Positions 56,905 through 64,000 of a DNA stretch of 64,000 bases are shown piece by piece. A model generated the notes under the pieces. The model worked only from the letters and a program-made list of their open reading frames with translations. It ran no database searches and had not been told where the DNA came from. The stretch is from the NCBI GenBank assembly GCA_963799025.1, contig CAWCVQ010000014.1, forward strand, positions 4,182 through 68,181. Reading direction: 5' to 3'. The stretch is from an uncultured Acidobacteriaceae bacterium. Lineage in GTDB: Bacteria; Acidobacteriota; Terriglobia; Terriglobales; Acidobacteriaceae. Position 1 is the stretch's first letter; every line of letters starts with the position of its first letter. A program made the position numbers and the translations under genes.

Positions 56905-59454
56905 ATGTACGGACTGACGCAAGACGTTCGCTATTCGTTGCGGCAAATGCGCAAAGGCCCAGGATTTACTGCCGTTGTCGTGATCACGCTTGCACTCGCC
57001 ATCGGCGGAAATACAGCCATATTCAGTCTGATTAATGCGATTATGCTCCGTACGCTGCCGGTCAAATATCCAGAGCGTCTGGTCTTACTACAATGGAAGG
57101 CCAAGAGCATACCGAAGACCAAAGCTTCTGCTAGCTATGCGAATTGCCCGCCAGGCAGCGGATCGGCTCTCCAAGGCGGAGACATCATTTCCGATGCGCC
57201 TTTGGACTCTGGAGGGTGCTCATTTTCCTTGCCATTTTTCGAGCAGCTTCAGCTCGAGCAAAATCTCTTTTCCGATGTGGCAGCGTTCGTGCCTGCCGAA
57301 CTGAGCGTGAACTCGGAAGGCCGGACTGGCCGAGTGCGGGGACTATTTGTTTCCGGCGAGTTCTTTTCGACCCTTGGTGCGAAACCGGCAATGGGTCGTC
57401 TTTTCGATCAGCGAGACGACTCCGAAGGCGCGGCTCCTAGCATCGTAGTCAGTCACCGTTTTTGGCAGAGCAAGTTAGCTAGCGACGGCGCTGTGCTCGG
57501 TAAACAAATTTTGATCGGCAGAACCCTATTCACTGTACTCGGCGTTACCGCCCCGGAATTCGCGCAACTTGATCCCGGCCTGACCTGCGATCTATGGGTA
57601 CCTCTTGCGTTCAAAGCGAAAGTGCCGCCCTACTCTCCTAATCAAGCTAAGGCCGATGCCTTATGGATGGAACTGATCGGCCGTCTGAAGCCAGGGATCA
57701 GCGCCGGTCAAGCCGCCTCCGCAGTTAGTACAGCGTTTGCGGCGAGCACGACGAGTGGTCCAGAGGCAATTTTCAAGCGCGATGATGCCCCCCAAATCGA
57801 ACTCGCAAGCGCGGCGCGCGGCTTAGCGACCCTTCGCCGATATTTTTCACAAGCACTATTTGCCCTGCTTGCGGCTCTTGCGTTGTTGCTATTGATTTCC
57901 TGCGTCAATATCGCCGGATTAATGTTGGCGCGATCAGCTGCCCGAAGGAAGGAACTAGGCGTTCGGGTCTCCCTCGGTGCAACGCGCGGCAGAATCATTT
58001 CGCAACTACTTACGGAGAGTCTGCTCCTCTCCTTTGCGGGCGGCACCGTCGGAATGGGACTCGGAGTTTTTGGGGCGCGTATCCTCGCATCGTTCTTCTC
58101 GCAAAATTGGTCGATGCCGCTCCAACTCGACGTTCACCCTGATGCACGCGTGTTTGCCTTCACGCTGCTGGTTTCAGTGGCGGTTGGAGTTGCCTTCGGG
58201 CTTATCCCAGCGTTTTCCAGCGGCCGGCCGGATTTAGTTTCGATGCTCAAAGCTGAAAGTGGCAGCGCGATGGGCGAAGTCGGCCGGAGTGTGGCGTTCG
58301 GCAGCTTGATTGTGATTACTCAAATCGCACTCGCTATGCCCATTCTTGCGGCTGCTGGGCTTGTCGCGCGGACACTGGCCAATCTGCGAGCCGAGGAGGT
58401 TGGGTTCAACCCACAGCATCTGTTGGTGTTCCGGATCGACTCGACCTACAGTCGAAAGAATCCCGACACTGTCTACCGAGATCTTCAGCAACAGCTCCGA
58501 TCCCTGCCGGGTGTTGTCTCAGTCAGCCGCTCCGGGGTCGCTTTATTAAGTGATGAAGGCATGGCTGCCCCGATTTTTTCACATGATCAACCGGCGCTAC
58601 AGGTGCGAGCGCATGGTCTGCCCATGTCTAGCGATTTCCTGACAACAATGGGCATTCCTCTGCGAGAAGGACGAATGTTCGGTGACGAGGATTCAGAACG
58701 AGCCCGCGCCAAGGACATTCCAATTCAAGTCGTCGTGAACGAAACTCTGGTCCGGCAGCTGTTTGGTTTCCGGGACGCACTCGGGAAATATTTCCACTTC
58801 GGAGACGCGTCTGGTCCTGCCGTTGAGATTATTGGCGTTGTCGGAGACGCAAAGTATGGCAATGTACGAGACACCATATGGCCCACTGTTTACATGCCGA
58901 TTGGCGATTGGGATGGCCCCATGTACTTCGAAGCCCGCACCGGGATGGAATCAGGCGCGGTCATACCGGAGATCCAGTCGGCGGTCAGACGCTTTGACAG
59001 CAATCTCCTGATTGTGGGCATGAAGACCGAGACTGAGCAGATCGATGAGGATCTCTATCAAGAACGGCTGATGTCTGTCTTGTCCGGCTTGTTTGCGGGG
59101 CTAGCAGTCGTTGTCGCTTGTGTAGGACTCTACGGCTTGCTTGCGTTTCAGGTAGCGCGCCGCACTCAGGAGATTGGAATCCGGCTAGCCTTGGGCGCGG
59201 AGCGCGAGGATGTGCTCAGACTCATTCTTGGGCGAGGGGCCGCGCTGGCGATTGCAGGCACATTGCTCGGATGCGCAGCAGCCCTGGGCGTTACTCGCTA
59301 TCTTCAGAGCTTCCTATTCGGCGTGCGGCCTGCCGATCCGCTCACATTCATCGTTACGGCTGTTTTGCTTGTTGGTGTCGCCTTAATCGGCAGCTACATT
59401 CCCGCACGTCGTGCAGCCAAAGTCGATCCCATGGTGGCGCTGCGGTACGAGTGA
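56905..59454 (+). CDS. ADOP-type duplicated FtsX/MacB-like ABC transporter permease
   Basis: The internal ATG of ORF 56683..59454 is used. The N-terminus MYGLTQDVRYSLRQMRKGPGFTAVVVITLALAIGGNTAIFSLINAIML is typical of the family. Two MacB_PCD/FtsX modules are present. The C-terminus is PARRAAKVDPMVALRYE. Confidence 0.9.
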   Translation: MYGLTQDVRYSLRQMRKGPGFTAVVVITLALAIGGNTAIFSLINAIMLRTLPVKYPERLVLLQWKAKSIPKTKASASYANCPPGSGSALQGGDIISDAPLDSGGCSFSLPFFEQLQLEQNLFSDVAAFVPAELSVNSEGRTGRVRGLFVSGEFFSTLGAKPAMGRLFDQRDDSEGAAPSIVVSHRFWQSKLASDGAVLGKQILIGRTLFTVLGVTAPEFAQLDPGLTCDLWVPLAFKAKVPPYSPNQAKADALWMELIGRLKPGISAGQAASAVSTAFAASTTSGPEAIFKRDDAPQIELASAARGLATLRRYFSQALFALLAALALLLLISCVNIAGLMLARSAARRKELGVRVSLGATRGRIISQLLTESLLLSFAGGTVGMGLGVFGARILASFFSQNWSMPLQLDVHPDARVFAFTLLVSVAVGVAFGLIPAFSSGRPDLVSMLKAESGSAMGEVGRSVAFGSLIVITQIALAMPILAAAGLVARTLANLRAEEVGFNPQHLLVFRIDSTYSRKNPDTVYRDLQQQLRSLPGVVSVSRSGVALLSDEGMAAPIFSHDQPALQVRAHGLPMSSDFLTTMGIPLREGRMFGDEDSERARAKDIPIQVVVNETLVRQLFGFRDALGKYFHFGDASGPAVEIIGVVGDAKYGNVRDTIWPTVYMPIGDWDGPMYFEARTGMESGAVIPEIQSAVRRFDSNLLIVGMKTETEQIDEDLYQERLMSVLSGLFAGLAVVVACVGLYGLLAFQVARRTQEIGIRLALGAEREDVLRLILGRGAALAIAGTLLGCAAALGVTRYLQSFLFGVRPADPLTFIVTAVLLVGVALIGSYIPARRAAKVDPMVALRYE

Positions 59455-59486
59455 GGAGACCCAAGGAACTGGGAACAATGGTCTCC
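59455..59486 (+). terminator. Candidate hairpin immediately after the ADOP permease stop
   Basis: ggagacc-(18 nt)-ggtctcc starts 1 nt after the TGA and is followed by gtcattttc. The loop is large and the T-run weak, so confidence is low. Confidence 0.3.
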
Positions 59487-59863
59487 GTCATTTTCAAACA
59501 CCAATTCTGCGCGTTTTTCCCTCGACTGCTCTCAGCCTGGGCAAAGTTTCGGCGCTCTGGACCGCCATGACGCCATTGTACGTCGCTTAGTGATCCATCT
59601 CCCGCACAATTGGTGGATGACGGGCTACCCGGAAGTAATCCGATCAGGAAAAAGCGGGCTTCACGTCGGCGTGGTTCCGCGCTCGTGGGCCAAAAGCCCA
59701 ATTCGAGGAAATCGTCCTGAATTCGTCTGTTAGGGGTGCTCGAGTTTGTCTCGCGCGAGCCCCGAGAGCGCAAGTTGGTGGCGAGAGCAGCGGGCCCTGT
59801 GTTGCTTTCGACCGGCAGCGTTATACTCTGCCGGCTATCAAGCGTGGCCTGGAGGAGGCGAGT

Positions 59864-60919
59864 ATGCGCAAGCAGCTGGCATTGATTCTTCTGAGTTGCG
59901 TTCTGTGCGTGGCGGCCACGGCACAACAACCAGCGCTCACTGTGGGAACCGCGACAGCAGTCACCGGGCAGACCGTTACCGGATTCATCGAAGTGTCGGC
60001 GGGTAGCGACGCGGGCACGAATATCCCGGTGGCGGTCATTCGAGGCCCGAAGCCCGGGCCGACTCTCGCCCTGGTGGCCGGTGCGCATGGCACCGAGTAT
60101 GCGTCCATCATCGCGCTCGAGAAGCTCATACAGGAACTCAACCCCGCGGAGATTTCCGGGACGGTCCTCATCGTCCCATTGGTGAACATCGCATCGTTTG
60201 AACAGAAGGTGCCGCACGTGAACCCGGTGGATGGCAAGAGCATGAACCGTTTCTATCCGGGCAATCCCAACGGAACGCAGACCGAGCGCGCGTCGTGGGC
60301 GATGACGAAGCAGGTCGTGGAACAATCCGACTACCTGATTGACCTGCACGGCGGCGATCTCGATGAAAGCCTGCGGCCGTATTCCTACTGGGCGCCGACC
60401 GGTAACGGGCAGCAGGATGCCGTCTCGCGCGCCATGGTGCTGGCCTTCGGGCTCGACACGATCATCCTCTCAACCGATCGCCCCCGCGACCCGAACGCGG
60501 CCCGCTATCTGGAGACCAATGCCAGCCTGCGGGGGAAGCCGTCCCTGACGGCCGAGGCGGGCCACGCTGGCACCGTAGAGCCGGAAGACGTGACGGCGCT
60601 GATCGACGGCTGCCTAAATGTGATGCGCTACCTGAAGATGCTGCAGGGCAAGGCGCTTCCGGTGCAGAACCCATTGTGGATCGAGCGCATTGCCAGTATC
60701 ACCAGCGAAATCGGCGGCGTTTTCTATCCCACGGTCAAGCGCGGCTGGTACGTGCAACAAGGCATGAAAATCGGTTACGTCACCGATCTGTTCGGCAAGA
60801 CGGTGTGGGAAGCGCATGCGCCGTCGAGCGGCGTAGTCCTGTATGTCTGCGCCGTGCCTTCGATGAAGAAAGGTGAGACGGTAGCCAACATCGGCGTGGT
60901 CGCGGGCAGGGCGCCGTAG
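59864..60919 (+). CDS. Succinylglutamate desuccinylase/aspartoacylase-family (M14-like) zinc hydrolase, secreted
   Basis: 351 aa with a signal peptide (MRKQLALILLSCVLCVAATAQQ). LALVAGAHGTEYASI, NPVDGKSMNRFYPG and DLHGGD are typical of the AstE/AspA family. Confidence 0.82.
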   Translation: MRKQLALILLSCVLCVAATAQQPALTVGTATAVTGQTVTGFIEVSAGSDAGTNIPVAVIRGPKPGPTLALVAGAHGTEYASIIALEKLIQELNPAEISGTVLIVPLVNIASFEQKVPHVNPVDGKSMNRFYPGNPNGTQTERASWAMTKQVVEQSDYLIDLHGGDLDESLRPYSYWAPTGNGQQDAVSRAMVLAFGLDTIILSTDRPRDPNAARYLETNASLRGKPSLTAEAGHAGTVEPEDVTALIDGCLNVMRYLKMLQGKALPVQNPLWIERIASITSEIGGVFYPTVKRGWYVQQGMKIGYVTDLFGKTVWEAHAPSSGVVLYVCAVPSMKKGETVANIGVVAGRAP

Positions 60920-61204
60920 CGGGCGGGTACCGATTCGGTGATGCGGGCCACGCTTAAGACCCACATGGATCCCCAGGGAACAAGACCGCAGAGGAAGGCG
61001 GACGAAAGAGTGTGAGAAGACCGCGACTTATAAACACGGGCGGCCGTGAACAACCGCTTTCTGTGTGAATGCAGGACGGAATCGGAGCCAAATACGTAAA
61101 GGCAGCCCGTGGGTTTCATAACTTCTGGGTTGCCAACTACGCGCCCAGAACCATCAACCGCCACCGACAGCGTCTGGCGGCCAGCCGAATAGGCAGCCAG
61201 GAAA

Positions 61205-61693
61205 TCACTTGCTTTGTCGCGACTTGGGATCGTTCTTGGCCTCGAAATAGTGCGTGTCGGTTGGACCGTAACCCGAGATTTCGACGATCACTGCGTCAGT
61301 GTCCGTCTGGGCGAAATGATTGTCGCCGCTCGGTTCGGAATACACGCTTCCCGGTGGAAGCGTCTTCAGCGACGTTGCATTGAAGTGAGTGCCATAGCCC
61401 AAGTGCCACTTGCCCGAAACGACGACTGCGACCCGATCGTCTCGATGTGTGTGCGCCTGGATCGTGGTGTGAGCGGGCACAAACAGCAAGATCGTGTACA
61501 AGCCCACTTTTGAAGGATCGCCAAAGACGACCTTCGTATGAACCCCAGGGAGGCCAGAACTCCCAATCTGGTTGCTGTCGAGAGCGCTGGCCTGGATTTC
61601 CGCTGGTGTCATGCGCATCTCCGGAAGGGATTGGGCGGTGGCGACAGAAGCTGCCAACAGAGACAGGGCAGCGATCACGAATCTCTTGACCAT
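61205..61693 (-). CDS. Secreted cupin-domain protein
   Basis: The ORF is 61205..61723. The likely start is MVKRFVIAALSLLAASVATAQS. The cupin metal motif region is PAHTTIQAHTHRDDRVAVVVSGKWHLGYG ... GDNHFA. Confidence 0.7.
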   Translation of the reverse strand: MVKRFVIAALSLLAASVATAQSLPEMRMTPAEIQASALDSNQIGSSGLPGVHTKVVFGDPSKVGLYTILLFVPAHTTIQAHTHRDDRVAVVVSGKWHLGYGTHFNATSLKTLPPGSVYSEPSGDNHFAQTDTDAVIVEISGYGPTDTHYFEAKNDPKSRQSK

Positions 61694-61788
61694 GGGTCGG
61701 ATAAACATGAATCGTTCGAACATGGAGCAGTCCTTTCGTTTTCGACGAAAATCTCTAGCTTGGCTAGGCAGGCACGCTGCTGCGAACG

Positions 61789-62703
61789 TCAGAGAAACTT
61801 TTGCAACGCCTCAGTCGTCTCTTTCGGCTGCTCTTCAAGCACCCAATGCCCGGTGTTCTTCAGCACAACGACGGTCGCATCTGTCGCCACCAGCTTGGCT
61901 TGTTGCCCTAGCGCTTCTCCCAACGACTTGTCGCCGCCGATCGTCAGTACCGGCATGGTTAACTTGGTCTGAGAGAGTTGAGCGAAATCCTTGGCGGCTT
62001 GCAAGAAAGAAACGAAATAGGCCCAGCCAGCATGCATACGTCCCGGCCGTGCGTAGGCAGCTGCATAGGCTTTGCGATCCGCTTCCGGAATCGAATGAGT
62101 CTTGTCCGCCGCGAAGTCGTTCCAGAAATAGTCGAAGTAGGTGCGCTCGCGGCCTTGAACTAGGGCTTCGGGCGTCGGACCATTGAAGCGGAAGTGCCAT
62201 ATGGCGGGGTTGTTGTAAACCTCCTCCCAACCCTCTACGCCAGGAAGGAAAGCATCCATCAGGACGAGCTTCGTCACCTCGCTCGGAAACTGTGCAGCGT
62301 AGGCGTAGGCAACCATAAGACCGATGTCATGTCCCACGACCTCGGCCTTCTGCACTCCGAGCGACTTGGCAAGGTCATGAATACGGATCGCGGCATTCTT
62401 CATGTCAAGACCGTCGGCAGGGATGTCCGAGTCCCCTATGCCGGGCAGGTCTGGCGCGATTACGGTAAACCGTTCGGCCAGAACCGGGATGATTGGCTTC
62501 CACATCAGCGAGGTCTCGGCATAGCCATGCAACAGTATGAGCGGGGTGCCGTGCCCGGCCGTCATGTAATGCAGCTTGGCGCCGTCGATTTCTGCTGTGT
62601 GCGAAACTATTCTCTTGTCTTGCGCATCAGCGTAGGCCTTCGTTTGGAATTCAGGGCAGAGCAAGAGCAGGCCGAACGCGGCCACAGTGAGAGTGCGTTT
62701 CAT
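61789..62703 (-). CDS. Alpha/beta hydrolase (epoxide hydrolase/haloalkane dehalogenase-like), secreted
   Basis: 304 aa with a signal peptide. LILLHGYAETSLMWKPIIPVLAERFTVIAPDLPGIGDS is present. The nucleophile region is VVGHDIGLMVAYAYA (Asp nucleophile type). The C-terminus contains NTGHWVLEEQP. Confidence 0.85.
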   Translation of the reverse strand: MKRTLTVAAFGLLLLCPEFQTKAYADAQDKRIVSHTAEIDGAKLHYMTAGHGTPLILLHGYAETSLMWKPIIPVLAERFTVIAPDLPGIGDSDIPADGLDMKNAAIRIHDLAKSLGVQKAEVVGHDIGLMVAYAYAAQFPSEVTKLVLMDAFLPGVEGWEEVYNNPAIWHFRFNGPTPEALVQGRERTYFDYFWNDFAADKTHSIPEADRKAYAAAYARPGRMHAGWAYFVSFLQAAKDFAQLSQTKLTMPVLTIGGDKSLGEALGQQAKLVATDATVVVLKNTGHWVLEEQPKETTEALQKFL

Positions 62704-62735
62704 AAATTAACCTCGTCGATTCCTTGAGTATTTCG

Positions 62736-62791
62736 GACTATACAGTCTGGAATGTGCCGAGTCAATCCCTTCGGGTAGACTGTAGAGTCTA
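62736..62791. promoter_or_regulatory. Two related palindromic boxes (GACTnTAnAGTCT) in the hydrolase/tetR divergent intergenic region; candidate TetR operators
   Basis: Box 1 is ggactatacagtctgg (62736-62750). Box 2 is tagactgtagagtcta (62776-62791), with 6-bp arms TAGACT/AGTCTA, and ends 1 nt before the tetR ATG. Confidence 0.45.
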
Positions 62792-62792
62792 T

Positions 62793-63371
62793 ATGGCACG
62801 GACCAAGAGATTTGATCCCAAACAGGCATTGGCCGCAGCCATGAATGTGTTCTGGCGGCTTGGCTACGAAAACACCTCGCTCGATGTGTTGATGGCCGAA
62901 ATGGGGATTGCGAGACAGAGTCTTTACGACACGTTTGGTGACAAACGGTCCTTATACTTAAAAGCGCTGGCGCACTACCGCGATGAAACCAATGCTTCCA
63001 TGCGCAGGTTATTCAGTTCCGCCCCCACGGTGAAAGACGGCTTCGCACAACTTCTGTTTGGCCTTAGTGCAGAGTCACGGGCGCAGCACGCGCGCGGTTG
63101 CTTGCTCTTAAGCGCAAATATGGAGCGCGCTGCAGGAGATTCAGTCCTCACCGACTTTTTGCGTCGCAATCAAGCAGAGGTCGAATCAATTTTTCGAGAG
63201 GCGCTCCGACGTGCTCAATCAAGCGGCGAATTGTCCCGCAAGCAAGATCCGGCGGCGCTGGCTCAGTTCTTCATGGTCACGATCCAGGGGTTGCGGGCAT
63301 TAGCCAGACTCAAATCGGACCGCCGTGCCCTCGAACAGGTCGCCAGAGTCGCTTTGGCGGTACTCGACTAA
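62793..63371 (+). CDS. TetR/AcrR-family transcriptional regulator
   Basis: The internal ATG of ORF 62724..63371 is used. MARTKRFDPKQALAAAMNVFWRLGYENTSLDVLMAEMGIARQSLYDTFGDKRSLYLKAL is a typical TetR HTH N-terminus. Confidence 0.88.
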   Translation: MARTKRFDPKQALAAAMNVFWRLGYENTSLDVLMAEMGIARQSLYDTFGDKRSLYLKALAHYRDETNASMRRLFSSAPTVKDGFAQLLFGLSAESRAQHARGCLLLSANMERAAGDSVLTDFLRRNQAEVESIFREALRRAQSSGELSRKQDPAALAQFFMVTIQGLRALARLKSDRRALEQVARVALAVLD

Positions 63372-63712
63372 TCGTGAAAGCACATCTCGGGGATGTTATT
63401 CCCGAGTGACGGGCAACTCTTACCTAATCCCTCCGCTAAGGTAAGGGTAGCCGACCAGCCGGACACGAACCGGGAAGTGCGAAGATCAGGCCGAGGTCTC
63501 TGTGCGGCCAAGCATCGGGCGAGGCTCACGGTCACCGCGCGGATAGAAACGATCTCGCCATTAACTACCTGAATGTGCGCGGCGAAGGAATGCGGCCGGG
63601 CCTTTGCCTTCGTTAACTAACGGACTGTTTCAGCCGCACTCTTTTGCGTGAGTAGATTGAAGCAGTAAGCCAATACTTGAAGATACCTGTCGTCACGAGG
63701 GCCGTACAAAAT

Positions 63713-64000
63713 TTACCTAGACAACGAGACGTCGTGATCCAGGGACACTTTCAACGATGGGAGAAGTTGGGTTCGCGCCGCACGATCGATTGCGCTGACT
63801 ACGGAATTAAAACCCGCCCTGATTGGATCCTCGTGCATGCCAACTCCGAAAACGTGGTCAGCCTCTTCCACGCACATCTCCAAAAACACAATATTCTCTT
63901 TCTGGTTCTTCGACACCGCGTGACCCGGTTCTTGCGCAACGATTCGAAGGCTAGTTCCAATCCGTTTGCCAAACATTTGCACCAACATCTCGATCTGCAC
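63713..64000 (-). CDS. Hypothetical protein, 5' end truncated by the window edge
   Basis: The frame is open from the window end to the TAA at 63713-63715, with coding-like composition. I recognise no domain. Confidence 0.4.
   Translation of the reverse strand: MQIEMLVQMFGKRIGTSLRIVAQEPGHAVSKNQKENIVFLEMCVEEADHVFGVGMHEDPIRAGFNSVVSAIDRAARTQLLPSLKVSLDHDVSLSR

Noticed and set aside
59354-60349. 331-aa minus-strand ORF.
   Set aside because: It is antisense to the AstE/AspA-family gene and the ADOP 3' end. It is Arg-rich and has no domain. This is a typical GC-rich shadow ORF.

Overview
This is a 64-kb chromosomal segment. It is most consistent with an Acidobacteriota (Terriglobia-like) genome; this is an inference from an ADOP-type duplicated FtsX permease, a CadC-like wHTH-TPR regulator and several REP-like intergenic repeat families. 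I call about 50 protein-coding genes. I saw no rRNA, tRNA, tmRNA or CRISPR array by eye. Most of the content is housekeeping: M16 peptidase pair, xerD/xerC, secA, ispB-like, yajQ, tatD, metG, larC, argS, hutU/hutI, pepN-like M1 peptidase, smpB. Accessory islands are interspersed. The observations most worth a second look are listed here.

1. argS encodes a 724-aa ArgRS with an in-frame RF1/RF2-type peptidyl-tRNA-hydrolase domain fragment whose GGQ loop is deleted (27567-27818).
2. A DedA-rhodanese fusion is interrupted by a single in-frame TGA in the rhodanese active-site loop, with a GC hairpin 16 nt downstream. It is either a selenocysteine candidate or a fresh nonsense mutation.
3. An orphan three-gene module encodes a TPR-secretin-cohesin protein plus two GspG-like pseudopilins, with no ATPase or platform gene.
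4. One 937-aa ORF fuses an acyl-AMP ligase, a carrier domain and a PlsC acyltransferase.
5. A multiply frameshifted AbrB/PIN toxin-antitoxin relic splits hutU from hutI.
6. An IS91-family (HUH-Y2) transposase with an upstream tyrosine recombinase is followed by a strongly G-depleted tract.
7. xerD carries an in-frame REP-like insertion. A 14-bp heptad-repeat hairpin bridges xerD and xerC.
8. An alpha/beta hydrolase is frameshifted in a C6 run.

All domain calls come from reading the translations by eye. No database search was run.
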